In this document: piece by piece, positions 40,981 to 50,736 of the stretch | How positions within the stretch are numbered: the stretch's first letter is position 1 | Layout of the letters: each line of letters opens with the position of its first letter | From: Chloroflexota bacterium | GTDB lineage: Bacteria > Chloroflexota > Dehalococcoidia > E44-bin15 | Direction of reading: 5' to 3' | Assembly: GCA_034189655.1 (NCBI GenBank) | Contig: JAXHUE010000005.1 | Span: forward strand, 4,408 to 68,407 | DNA: 64,000 bases | Translations under genes and position numbers: made by a program | The notes under the pieces: generated by a model | Database searches by the model: none | What the model was told of the DNA's origin: nothing | Seen by the model: the letters and a program-made list of their open reading frames with translations, nothing else

Positions 40981-41166
40981 ATGGACCCACAGCAGAGGCT
41001 TCAGGCGCTGGAAGACGAGTTCCAGGAGCTGAAGGAGGAGTGGCGGCGCATCCTCCTGGACATTCGCGCCTTCCTCATGGAGCTCCACACCCCCCTGCCC
41101 GGAGAGTGGAGCGCGGGAAAGGGCCCCTCCCAGGGCGGTTCAGGAAGGAGGGATGAGCACCCATGA
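40981..41166 (+). CDS. 61-aa coiled-coil protein resembling the N-terminus of the next gene
   Basis: RLQALEDEFQELKEEWRRILLDIRAFLME versus KIDALEGEFKLMKGELKHTLISIRDFLLN. Its stop overlaps the next ATG. Confidence 0.7.
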   Translation: MDPQQRLQALEDEFQELKEEWRRILLDIRAFLMELHTPLPGEWSAGKGPSQGGSGRRDEHP

Positions 41167-42263
41167 CCATGGAGAAGAAGATCGACGCGTTGGAGGGGGA
41201 GTTCAAGCTGATGAAGGGGGAGCTCAAGCATACCCTCATCAGTATCCGCGACTTCCTGTTGAACGCCAGGCCGGCGCCCCTCGATATAGAGGAGGTCCCC
41301 GAGACCGACTCGGAGACCCTGATACCTGCGGAGGCCTACGTCCCGCCGCCCCCGCCTCAGGAGACCGATGACGACGACTCCCCGCTGTCACCGGGGCCGG
41401 CCGAGGATACAGTGCAGCCGCCGTCTGCGGAGATGGCGGTGGACGAGCCGGAGCCGCCTGAAGAGAGGTCGGAGGCAGTGCTGCCGCCCCTCGTGGAGGA
41501 CGAGGACAACACTGTCCCGCCGCTGCCAGAGGCCGAGGCGGTGGAGGGGCAGGTGCCGGGTACAGGGGAGGAGGCGCTCGACGATATGGGGACACCGCCG
41601 CCGATAGAGGAGGTCGAGGACACAGCGCCGCCATCGGCGGAGATGGCCGAGGGGCCGGCCCCGCAGCCGCCGCTCCGGGAGTCCGCGCACCACGTCCCGC
41701 AGCCGCAGGGCCCTTCCGATTTCATGGTGGAAGAGACCGTGGTGGAGGAGGACATACTCGATGAGCCCCCCGCGGCCGCCGGTTACGGCGCAATACCGTG
41801 TGAGGAGGACATCCACTCACCGCTGCCCTTCGACGAGGGACCGCTCGACGTGCTGTCCGCACTCGATGACATAGACGAAGTGCCCTCCCTGCCCCCAGAT
41901 GACGCGCCGGCCGAGGCCAGGCCGCCGACGGAGAGACCCCAGGGGGCGAGGCGGGAAGCGCCACCACAGGCACTCAAGGAGGAGAGGATGAAAGAGACAA
42001 ACGGGTCACTTTCCCAGATGAATTCGCTGGCCAATCTCATACGCTGGGTCTCGTCCGCCAAGAAAGAGATAGGGACCCAGCAACTGCCCACCTTCCTGGA
42101 GGCGTTCCGGGCCCACGGGCCGCTCCCGGCGGAGATGAAGGAGCTCATCCTGCACCTCGCAGTGGTGGTGGAGGAGCCGCCTGAGCGCCTGAGCCCGGCG
42201 GAGATATGGAGCAGGCTCGCCCTGGAGCTGCACGCCATCCTCCAGGACGGCGCACACCAGTGA
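41163..42263 (+). CDS. ArlD/E (FlaD/E)-like accessory protein
   Basis: N-terminal coiled coil, long acidic Pro-rich linker, C-terminal LANLIRWV...IG...LPTFLE.F...G resembling the FlaD/E domain. Confidence 0.6.
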   Translation: MTMEKKIDALEGEFKLMKGELKHTLISIRDFLLNARPAPLDIEEVPETDSETLIPAEAYVPPPPPQETDDDDSPLSPGPAEDTVQPPSAEMAVDEPEPPEERSEAVLPPLVEDEDNTVPPLPEAEAVEGQVPGTGEEALDDMGTPPPIEEVEDTAPPSAEMAEGPAPQPPLRESAHHVPQPQGPSDFMVEETVVEEDILDEPPAAAGYGAIPCEEDIHSPLPFDEGPLDVLSALDDIDEVPSLPPDDAPAEARPPTERPQGARREAPPQALKEERMKETNGSLSQMNSLANLIRWVSSAKKEIGTQQLPTFLEAFRAHGPLPAEMKELILHLAVVVEEPPERLSPAEIWSRLALELHAILQDGAHQ

Positions 42264-42362
42264 GCGTGAGAGGACGGGGGCCGATGCACACTCCCAGGGG
42301 CCATCACCCCCGGGACGACGACTATTGAAGCGGCTGTAGCCGCGGCTTGGAGGTAGGATACC

Positions 42363-43082
42363 ATGATGGAGGATACCGCCTTTGCGTCTGATGTCATACT
42401 TACCGGCATCCGCGAGATGGACGAGAAGCTGGGCGGGGGCATTCCCATCGGCTCCCTGTGCATAATAGAAGGCCACTCCGATGCCGGGAAGAGCGTGCTG
42501 AGCCAGCACTTCACCCACGGCGCCCTGAGCTGCTCCCAGAGCTCCGTGGTGTACTACACCACGGAGAACACGGTGAGGAGCTTGATCGCCCAGATGGACT
42601 CGCTCTCACTGTTCACGCTGGACCACTTCCTCACCGATCGCCTGCGCATCTATCCGCTCACACTGCGCAGCGACCAGCAGGACACCAGCAGGCCCTTCCG
42701 CCTGCTGGTGGAGCACTTCGCCTACCTGCCGCGCGATTTCACGGTGCTGGTGGTGGACTCCATCACCCTCCTCGTCGCGCACAGCAGCGCGGTATCCATA
42801 ATCGATTTCTTCTCGGCGTGCAAGGACCTGTGCGACGAGGGTCGCTCCATCCTCCTGGTGGCGCACTCGTATGCCTTCGACGACGAGGTGCTGTCCCGCA
42901 CCCGTTCTCTGTGCGATGCCCACCTGAGGCTGAAGCTGCAGCAGGTGGGGGACCGCCTGGTGAAGATGCTGGAGGTGCTCAAGGTGCGCGGTGCCGACCG
43001 CCCTACAGGGGACATCGTGAGCTTCGAGATAGAGCCCAAGCTGGGCATGCGCATCATACCGCTGGCCAAGGCGAGGGTCTAG
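42363..43082 (+). CDS. arlH: Archaellum RecA/KaiC-like protein ArlH/FlaH
   Basis: EMDEKLGGGIPIGSL, GHSDAGKS, YYTTENT, VVDS, FEIEPKLGMRIIP. Confidence 0.93.
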   Translation: MMEDTAFASDVILTGIREMDEKLGGGIPIGSLCIIEGHSDAGKSVLSQHFTHGALSCSQSSVVYYTTENTVRSLIAQMDSLSLFTLDHFLTDRLRIYPLTLRSDQQDTSRPFRLLVEHFAYLPRDFTVLVVDSITLLVAHSSAVSIIDFFSACKDLCDEGRSILLVAHSYAFDDEVLSRTRSLCDAHLRLKLQQVGDRLVKMLEVLKVRGADRPTGDIVSFEIEPKLGMRIIPLAKARV

Positions 43083-43091
43083 GGGGACGGC

Positions 43092-44870
43092 ATGTACCGC
43101 CTGCCCTTCGTAGCCAAGCCCTGCCACGTCGATTGCGAGAAGAGGTGCGGCGTCACCTTCGACAAATGCCCCACTTTCCATAACCTACCCGCCGACCTGA
43201 AAGGGGCATGCCGGGAGAACCTCCACCTCTTGCAGTACCTGCATATGCTCCCGCTGGACGAGATGGGCCTGCCCGAGTACCACGTGAAGCTCAGTCGGGG
43301 CATGAGGGGGGCCCAGAACCGCAACCTGCTCTACCCGGTGGAGGGCAGGATATTCATCCACATACTGGCCAACCCGGACGATATCAGGGACCACTATATC
43401 CCCGTAGAGCCGAGCCTGCTCCGCGACATGGACCACGTCCTGGAGGAGGTGGAGCAGCGGCTCGCCGACCACGTCGAGGAGCTGGAGGGCGTGTCCAGCG
43501 ACGAGAAGAGGCTGGAGGTCATACTCAAGATAATGGACCGGATGGTCAGCACCAAGGGGGGCAATGGGGGCAAGGCACATCGCGGTGGCGGCAGAAACGG
43601 CAGTCGCACCCAGCAGGCGGGTGCCAGGGGAAAGGGGGGCAAGAACGGGAAAAACGCCCTCGCCGTGACCACCACCCAGTACCAGGGCCTGCGCTACCTG
43701 CTCAAGCGGAAGCTGGAGGGGCTGGGGGTGCTTGAGCCACTGATACAAGACCCCTACATCGAGGACATCTCCTGCTCCGGCGTGGGGCACATATTCGTGG
43801 AGCACAAGATATTCGGCGGGCTGAAGACCATCATAGGCTTCGAGGACCACGAGGAGCTGGACAAGTTCGTCATCGGGCTCGCCGAGCGTATCAAGCACCC
43901 GGTGACCTTCCGCGACCCCTGTGTCGATGCCACGCTGCCTGATGGCTCCCGTATCAACATCGTCTATGGCACCGATGTATCCAAGCGGGGCAGCAACTTC
44001 ACCATCAGGAAGTTCAGCCCGGTGCCGATAAGCGTGATAGAGCTCATCCAGTACGGCACCATCAGCTACGAGATGGCGGCCTACATGTCCATCATCATCC
44101 AGGACCAGATGAACGTGTTCGTGTCAGGGGAGACGGCCTCGGGCAAGACCACGCTGTTAAACGCGCTGGCTACCTTCCTGCCGCCGGAGTCTAAGGTGGT
44201 GAGCATCGAGGACACACCCGAGATCCAGGTGCCCCACCCCAACTGGATACGCGGCGTCACACGCGGCTCCACCAAGAGCTCGGACGCATCCGAGGTGTCG
44301 ATGTTCGACCTGCTCAAGGCCTCGCTGCGACAGCGGCCCAACATAATCATCGTCGGCGAGATCCGCGGCGAGGAGGGGAACATCGCCTTCCAGGCGATGC
44401 AGACCGGCCACGCCTGCATGAGCACATTCCACGCGGCCTCGGTGACCAAGCTGGTGCAGCGCATCACCGGCAGCCCCATAAGCGTGCCCAAGTCCTACGT
44501 GGACAACCTGAACGTGGTGGTGATCTGCCAGATGGTGCACCTGCCCAACGGGCAATCGGCCCGTCGCGTCACCAGCATCAGCGAGATAGTGAGCTACGAC
44601 TCAGTGACCGATACCTTCTCCTTCATCGAGGTGTTCACCTGGGACCCTATCGAGGACACCTTCAGGTTCCCGGGATACCGTAACTCCTACCTGCTTGAGG
44701 AGAAGATCGCGGCCAAGCGCGGCATCCCCCACGATAAGAGACACCAGATATACTCCCAGATCAAGCAGCGGGCCGAGGTCTTGAAGCGCATCCAGGAGCG
44801 GGACATCACCAACTTCTACGAGGTATACGGTGTCCTATCGAAGGCATACCGCGAGGGCTATTTCCGGTGA
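43092..44870 (+). CDS. arlI: Archaellum motor ATPase ArlI/FlaI
   Basis: DPYIEDISCSG, ATLPDGSRINIVYG, Walker A GETASGKTT, LRQRP, Walker B IIVGE, QTGH. Confidence 0.95.
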   Translation: MYRLPFVAKPCHVDCEKRCGVTFDKCPTFHNLPADLKGACRENLHLLQYLHMLPLDEMGLPEYHVKLSRGMRGAQNRNLLYPVEGRIFIHILANPDDIRDHYIPVEPSLLRDMDHVLEEVEQRLADHVEELEGVSSDEKRLEVILKIMDRMVSTKGGNGGKAHRGGGRNGSRTQQAGARGKGGKNGKNALAVTTTQYQGLRYLLKRKLEGLGVLEPLIQDPYIEDISCSGVGHIFVEHKIFGGLKTIIGFEDHEELDKFVIGLAERIKHPVTFRDPCVDATLPDGSRINIVYGTDVSKRGSNFTIRKFSPVPISVIELIQYGTISYEMAAYMSIIIQDQMNVFVSGETASGKTTLLNALATFLPPESKVVSIEDTPEIQVPHPNWIRGVTRGSTKSSDASEVSMFDLLKASLRQRPNIIIVGEIRGEEGNIAFQAMQTGHACMSTFHAASVTKLVQRITGSPISVPKSYVDNLNVVVICQMVHLPNGQSARRVTSISEIVSYDSVTDTFSFIEVFTWDPIEDTFRFPGYRNSYLLEEKIAAKRGIPHDKRHQIYSQIKQRAEVLKRIQERDITNFYEVYGVLSKAYREGYFR

Positions 44871-44945
44871 CCGTTGCCGTGAGGGGGAGCGGCTAATAGC
44901 GCGGGGGCGGCGACCGCCCCTGGTGGCAAAGGAGCAGGAGTCTCT

Positions 44946-45656
44946 ATGCCTCTGCTTTCAGCTATAACCAGTACACGAGGGCGCTTCAACAGGAAGGCCA
45001 GAACGAAGAGAGAGCTGGGCCGGCAGGGGGACGAGCATGCCCCCGATGTGGGAGGGCCGGGCGCGCGCTCCGGCAAAAAGGGCGCGGCCAGCGGTGGCCC
45101 ACGGGAGCGCTCGAAGGGCAAGGGCAGGCCCCAGGGTGAGTCGCGCCCGCGCCCGAAGAACTCGTCGCCGGGCAGGGAGGGCAAGGGCGCCCCAAAGGGG
45201 GGTAAGAAGAGGAAGCAGGGGCCGAAGGAAGAGATGAGCGGCAGCGAGAGGCTGCTCATGACACAGCGCCTTCGGGAGGAGCGGGAGTCAAGCCCGTGGT
45301 ACAAGGAGGGGGAGTCCCTGCTCAACGGCACGGACGAGCCGGCAGATGAGGGCGTCGCCCTGCCGGAGGAGACCCCCGATGTGCCCCCCGCCGCGGATGA
45401 AGAGGGGGCGGCCCCACTCCCCGGTGAGACGACGGACGAGGGCATCGGCGAGTGCCTTGTGCCGGGGGGTGCCGAGGAGGTGACCGACGAGGAGCGGGAG
45501 TTCCTGGCCTCCATTTTCAACCAGGAGATAGAGGAAGAAGAGACCGCCCTCGACCGCTTGATCGCCTCACTGCCCGATGTGACGGCCGAGGAGCTCTACG
45601 ATGAGCTGATGGAGGTGAAGACACTGATGCAGCTCAGGTACGACGTCGAGCTGTAG
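44946..45656 (+). CDS. Hypothetical archaellum-associated protein (basic N-terminus, acidic middle, helical C-terminus)
   Basis: AGGAG SD. C-terminus FLASIF..E.EEE..LDRLIASLPDVTAEELYDEL.EVK. Confidence 0.7.
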   Translation: MPLLSAITSTRGRFNRKARTKRELGRQGDEHAPDVGGPGARSGKKGAASGGPRERSKGKGRPQGESRPRPKNSSPGREGKGAPKGGKKRKQGPKEEMSGSERLLMTQRLREERESSPWYKEGESLLNGTDEPADEGVALPEETPDVPPAADEEGAAPLPGETTDEGIGECLVPGGAEEVTDEEREFLASIFNQEIEEEETALDRLIASLPDVTAEELYDELMEVKTLMQLRYDVEL

Positions 45657-45665
45657 CGGTAGGTG

Positions 45666-45754
45666 TGGGGGGCTCCTCCTACATGGAATTGGGTGCAGGT
45701 CACGAGAAAATGGGAGATAGCGTGGTCGTCTTTTTCATCGCGCACTAGTACCTT
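45666..45754 (+). promoter_or_regulatory. Conserved promoter module, copy 3 (upstream of the MCP/che operon)
   Basis: AAAATGGGAGATAGCGTGGTCGTCTTTT at 45707-45734, 25/28 identical to copy 1. TACCTT at 45749. Confidence 0.7.
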
Positions 45755-45892
45755 CAGATATGCTGTGGTGCTCTGTATGGGCAGGGACCGCAGGGGAGGT
45801 GATGTCCCGGAGCAGGCGGCTATTAAAGTGCCTCACGTAAAGAGATGGCATCGATCTGGTATCAACGAAATCACCAAGGAGGAGCAAGAGCC

Positions 45893-48800
45893 ATGACGCA
45901 GACCAAGAGCGCGCCGACGCGGAGCAGGACGAAGGCGCAGGGCAATGGCGGGGCCCGTCGCAGTAACGGTGAGCCCGCCACTGGACTGGTGACCGAAGAG
46001 GCCGCCGCCCCCGAGAGTGGTGCCGTGGTGGACGGCGGTGCCATGGCATACGCTACAGGAATCATACACAGCATCGCCGACATGGTGTGCACCGTGGACA
46101 ACAACCTGGTGGTGACCATGGTGAACCCTGCCACCGAGAGGCTCCTCGGCTACAAGGCAGACGAGGTGGTGGGCAGGCCCATTACCGAGCTGCCGATGAT
46201 GCCGCCGGAGATGAACCAGAGCATGGGGGAGCGCCTGGCCGAGCTCGCGGCGGTGGGGATGATAACCACGGAATCGGAGATGATACACAAGGATGGTCAC
46301 CGTGTGCCCTTCTCCACCTCGGTCGCCACGATGAAGGACGAGGGGGGCAACCCCATGGGCATGGTGGTCATCGGCAAGGACATAAGCGAGCTAAAGGCCG
46401 CCATGCGGCAGCAGGAGGACGCCGCCAGCTTCCTCTCGGCCACGTTGAATACCATCACGGACGTGGTCATCACCACGGACAACGACCTGGTGGTGAAGAC
46501 GGTCAACCCCGCCATGGAGGTGCTCCTGGGGTATACGCCCGAAGAGGTGCTGGGCAAGTCTCCCCTCGAGCTGCCCATACTCCCCAGGGAGAGGCTGGCC
46601 ACCATAGGCGAGTCCCTGGCAGAGATCCAGAGGGGGGATATCGCCACCAGGGAGACCGAGCTGGTGCACAAGGACGGCCGCAACGTGCCCTTCCTCATGT
46701 CCATCGCCATGATGAAGGACGACGATGGCACGCAGATGGGGATGGTGATGATCGGCAAGGACATCACCGAGATGAAGGGCGCCATGAGGCAGCAGGAAGA
46801 GACCCTCAGCTTCTTCGAGGGCACGCTGAACGCCATGGGGGACATGATCTGTACCACGGACAAGGACATGGTGGTGCAGATGGTGAACCCCGCCATGGAG
46901 AGGCTCCTGGGGTATACGCCGGAGGAGGTGCTGGGCAAGACTTCCTTCGAGCTCGCCATGCTGCCGCCGGAGGTGCTCGAGACCATGGGCCAGAGGCTCG
47001 CCGAGATCGCGGAGCGGGGCGTGGCCACCATGGAGATCGAGATGGCACACAAGGACGGGAGGAGGATACCGTTCTTGAACTCTATGGCGGTGATGAAGGA
47101 CGAGGCCGGGGAGATGCTGGGCATGGTGATCATCGGCAAGGACATCACCGATATCAAGGCCATGATGAGAGAGCAGGAGGAGGCCTCCAGCTTCCTGGAG
47201 GGCACCTTGAACAACATCGCCGATATGATCATCGCCACCGACAAAGACCTGGTGACCACCATGGTCAACCCGGCAATGGAGCGGATACTGGGATACAGGC
47301 CAGAGGACGTGATGGGCAAGGGGATGATGGAGCTCCCCATCCTGCCGCCGGAGCTGCGCGACACCATGGGCGAGCGGATGGCAGAGATATTCGCCGCCGG
47401 GATAAGGAGCAGCGAGCTGGAGCTCATCCACAGAGACGGCCGGAGGGTCCCCATCGCCATGTCCATCGCCGTGATGAAGGATGAAGACGGCGACATGACG
47501 GGCATGGTGGTCATCGGCAAGGACATAGGTGAGCTCAAGGCCGCCATGCAGCAGCAGGAGGCGGCGGCCCACTTCTTCGAGGGCACCCTGAACTCCATCG
47601 CCGACATGGTGATGACCACGGACAAGGACATGGTGGTGAACATGGTCAACCCGGCCCTGGAGCGGCTCCTGGGCTACACCACAGAGGACGTGATGGGCAA
47701 GTCCACCATGGAGCTGCCCATACTGCCGCAAGAGATGCGCGAGTCGATCACCAATGAGAGCCTCGCCGAGCTCTTGAGCGCCGGCGTCATGAGCAACGAG
47801 ACCGAGCTGGTGCACAAGGACGGCAGGAGGATACCGTTCTTGAACACCATGGCGATGATGAAGGACGAAGAGGGCAACGCCCTGGGCATGGTGATAATCG
47901 GCAAGGACATCACCGATATGAAGGCCATGATGAGGGAGCAGGAGGAGGCGGCCCACTTCTTCGAGGGCACCTTGAACTCCATCGCCGACGTGGTCATCAC
48001 CATGGACAAGGACATGGTGGTGAACCTGGTCAACCCGGCACTGGAGCGGCTCCTGGGCTACTCCGCGGAGGACGTCATGGGCAAGGCCTTCACCGAGCTG
48101 CCCATACTCCCCCCAGAGAGACGGGCCAACGTGCAGCAGAGCGCGGGGCAGCTCATGGAGGCCGGGATCATCACCACCGAGACCGACATGGTGCACAGGG
48201 ACGGCAGGCAGATACCCTTCGCCCTCTCGGTGGCGATGATGAAGGACGGTGAGGGCAACGCCCTGGGCATGGTGATAATCGGCAAGGACATAAGCGACAT
48301 AAAGGACGCGATGCGACAGCAGGAAGAGCAGCGGGCGTACCTGGAGCGCAATGCTGAGCGTATAAGCGCCGTCATGAAAGAGATGGCCAAGGGCAACCTG
48401 GCCATCGTGCTGGAGAAGGAGCAGGACGACGAGATCGGGACCATCGTCGAGAGCATTCACCACACCGTGTCTGCCATCAAGGCGCTGATAGAGGACACCA
48501 ACATGCTGGTGGAGGGTGCGCTCCAGGGCCAGCTCTCCACCCGCGCCGACGACTCCAGGCACGAGGGCGACTTCCAGAAGATAGTGCAGGGGCTGAACAA
48601 GACCCTCGACGCCGTGGTCACCCCCATCAACGTCGCCGGGATCTACCTGGACCGCATCGCCAAGGGCGATATCTCCAAGCGCATCACCGTCGCCGACGAG
48701 AGCTCTAACGTGTTCAAGGGCGACTACAAAGAGGTCATGGACAACATAAACGCCGTCATCGACTCCCTGACCATGGTCACCGATATCGCGCGGGAGATAG

Positions 48801-50005
48801 CGAGCGGCAACCTCACCGTCGCCGTGGAGATGCGGTCGGAGCAGGACGAGCTCATGAAGGCCCTCGCCAATATGACCCAGAACCTGACCAGTCTGGTGGG
48901 GGACATCAAGGGGAAGGCGGACAACCTGGGCGTATCGAGCCAGCAGCTCTCCCAGGCGGCGGACCAGTCGGGGCAGGCCATCCAGCAGATAGCGAGCTCC
49001 GGCCAGGAGATGGCGCGCGGGGCCCAGGAGCAGTCGAGCAACCTGCAGCAGGTGACCGCCGGCATGAGCGGGGTGACGGAGGCCGTGAGCGCGGTCGCCG
49101 CCGCCTCCCAGGAGCAGAACAAGCTGGTGGAGCAGTCCTCCAGCTTAATCAGCCAGGTGTCTGAGGCCATCGCTCAGGCCACGGACAGCGCCCAGTCCGC
49201 TACCGAGAGCGCGACCAGGTCGGCCCAGACCACGCAGCACGGCGAGGAGATGACCCGCAAGACCGCCGAGGTCATGAACGGGATCAAGGAGAGCATAGGG
49301 GTGATGGCGGAGAAGGTGAACGAGATGAGCGAGCGCGCCACGCAGATCGGCAAGATCGTGGCCACCATCGACGACATCGCCGCCCAGACCAACCTCCTGG
49401 CACTGAACGCCGCCATCGAGGCGGCGCGGGCCGGGGAGCACGGCCGCGGGTTCGCCGTCGTCGCCGACGAGGTGCGCAAGCTCGCCGAGCGCACCGCGGT
49501 GGCCACCAAGGAGACGGCGGACATCATCGGGGATATGCAGAAGGGCGTGAAGCAGGCAGTGGACGCCGTGGAGAGCGGCAACAAGCAGGCCGCCGACGGG
49601 GCCCAGCTCTCCAGGGAGACCGCGGATTCGCTCAAGTCGGTGCTGGATGAGGTCGAGCACTCGCAGCAGCAGGTAGAGCAGATATCGGCAGGCACGCAGC
49701 AGATAAACGCCTCCACCGCCGAGATGGTCAAGGCAGTGGATGCCATAAGCTCCGCCGCGCAGCAGAACGCGGCCAGTGCCCAGCAGATGATGGCCAGCGT
49801 GACCCAGATATCCCAGTCCATCGAGAATGCCGCGGGCATCTCCGAGGAGAACACCGCCGCCACCGAGCAGGTATCGGCATCTGCGGAGGAGATGAGCGCC
49901 CAGATGGAGGAGATCATCGCCCTGGCCCAGTCCCTGGCCGGGATGGCCGGCGACCTGCAGGACTCCGTGGCCACCTTCCGGATCAACGGGAGCAGTGCCG
50001 CGTGA
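45893..50005 (+). CDS. Soluble methyl-accepting chemotaxis protein with six tandem PAS domains and HAMP domains
   Basis: [38 protein letters not shown], six VNPA.E.LLGY...H(K/R)DG...GKDI repeats, no TM. AGGAGG SD before ATG 45893. Confidence 0.95.
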   Translation: MTQTKSAPTRSRTKAQGNGGARRSNGEPATGLVTEEAAAPESGAVVDGGAMAYATGIIHSIADMVCTVDNNLVVTMVNPATERLLGYKADEVVGRPITELPMMPPEMNQSMGERLAELAAVGMITTESEMIHKDGHRVPFSTSVATMKDEGGNPMGMVVIGKDISELKAAMRQQEDAASFLSATLNTITDVVITTDNDLVVKTVNPAMEVLLGYTPEEVLGKSPLELPILPRERLATIGESLAEIQRGDIATRETELVHKDGRNVPFLMSIAMMKDDDGTQMGMVMIGKDITEMKGAMRQQEETLSFFEGTLNAMGDMICTTDKDMVVQMVNPAMERLLGYTPEEVLGKTSFELAMLPPEVLETMGQRLAEIAERGVATMEIEMAHKDGRRIPFLNSMAVMKDEAGEMLGMVIIGKDITDIKAMMREQEEASSFLEGTLNNIADMIIATDKDLVTTMVNPAMERILGYRPEDVMGKGMMELPILPPELRDTMGERMAEIFAAGIRSSELELIHRDGRRVPIAMSIAVMKDEDGDMTGMVVIGKDIGELKAAMQQQEAAAHFFEGTLNSIADMVMTTDKDMVVNMVNPALERLLGYTTEDVMGKSTMELPILPQEMRESITNESLAELLSAGVMSNETELVHKDGRRIPFLNTMAMMKDEEGNALGMVIIGKDITDMKAMMREQEEAAHFFEGTLNSIADVVITMDKDMVVNLVNPALERLLGYSAEDVMGKAFTELPILPPERRANVQQSAGQLMEAGIITTETDMVHRDGRQIPFALSVAMMKDGEGNALGMVIIGKDISDIKDAMRQQEEQRAYLERNAERISAVMKEMAKGNLAIVLEKEQDDEIGTIVESIHHTVSAIKALIEDTNMLVEGALQGQLSTRADDSRHEGDFQKIVQGLNKTLDAVVTPINVAGIYLDRIAKGDISKRITVADESSNVFKGDYKEVMDNINAVIDSLTMVTDIAREIASGNLTVAVEMRSEQDELMKALANMTQNLTSLVGDIKGKADNLGVSSQQLSQAADQSGQAIQQIASSGQEMARGAQEQSSNLQQVTAGMSGVTEAVSAVAAASQEQNKLVEQSSSLISQVSEAIAQATDSAQSATESATRSAQTTQHGEEMTRKTAEVMNGIKESIGVMAEKVNEMSERATQIGKIVATIDDIAAQTNLLALNAAIEAARAGEHGRGFAVVADEVRKLAERTAVATKETADIIGDMQKGVKQAVDAVESGNKQAADGAQLSRETADSLKSVLDEVEHSQQQVEQISAGTQQINASTAEMVKAVDAISSAAQQNAASAQQMMASVTQISQSIENAAGISEENTAATEQVSASAEEMSAQMEEIIALAQSLAGMAGDLQDSVATFRINGSSAA

Positions 50006-50060
50006 GGGAGTGGGCAGGCAGGGTGAGAGACACCAGACTAAATGTACACGGGGTGAGAGC

Positions 50061-50606
50061 ATGAACGACATCGCCATAGGAACGGAGAGGCAACTGGTGG
50101 TCTTCAATCTCGGCGGCGAGGCCTACGGAGTGGACATTGCCACGGTGCGGGAGATCATCCAGATGCAGCCGGTCACCACCGTGCCGGGCACGCCCCACTT
50201 CGTGCAGGGGGTGATCAACCTGCGGGGCTCTGTGATCCCGGTGGTGGACCTGCGCACCCGGTTCGGCCTGGAGGCCGTCGAGCACGGCAAGGACACCCGC
50301 ATCGTGGTGGTGAACAGCAAGGGGCAGGACATCGGGATCATCGTGGACTCAGTGGCAGAGGTGCTCCGCGTCGCGGCTGACTCTATAGAGCCGCCCTCTT
50401 CCATGATAACCACCTCCGACTCTGAGTACCTCCTGGGCATCTTGAAGCTCCCCGACAGGCTGGTGATCCTGCTCGACGCCGACCGGGTGCTCTCCCGGGA
50501 TGAGAAGACCTCGCTCGCGGCCGGTGTGTTGCGAGAGGAGGCCCCGTCCCAGGTCGCGGGGCGGGCCGCCTGCGCGGTCGAGGAGACGGCACTGGCCGAG
50601 GCCTAG
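50061..50606 (+). CDS. cheW: Chemotaxis adaptor CheW
   Basis: QLVVFNLGGEAYG, GVINLRGSVIPVVDLR, GIIVDSV. Confidence 0.96.
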   Translation: MNDIAIGTERQLVVFNLGGEAYGVDIATVREIIQMQPVTTVPGTPHFVQGVINLRGSVIPVVDLRTRFGLEAVEHGKDTRIVVVNSKGQDIGIIVDSVAEVLRVAADSIEPPSSMITTSDSEYLLGILKLPDRLVILLDADRVLSRDEKTSLAAGVLREEAPSQVAGRAACAVEETALAEA

Positions 50607-50736
50607 AACGCGAGAGAGAGAAGCCGTATCCCCCCATCCCACTAGGGGAGGGGGGAACGGCCATCTCGGAACCCTGGTGCCGGTCGCCTGCCGCGTGCAG
50701 ACCGTGAACGAAAGAGGAGAGGATCAGGATAAGACG

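Noticed and set aside
42363-43082. KaiC circadian clock protein
   Set aside because: It has a single domain, lies directly before arlI and has an ArlH-type C-terminus.
46297-48562. Long antisense ORFs over the MCP (450 and 723 aa) and similar ones elsewhere
   Set aside because: These are shadow frames expected from high-GC codon bias and repeats, with no recognisable motifs.
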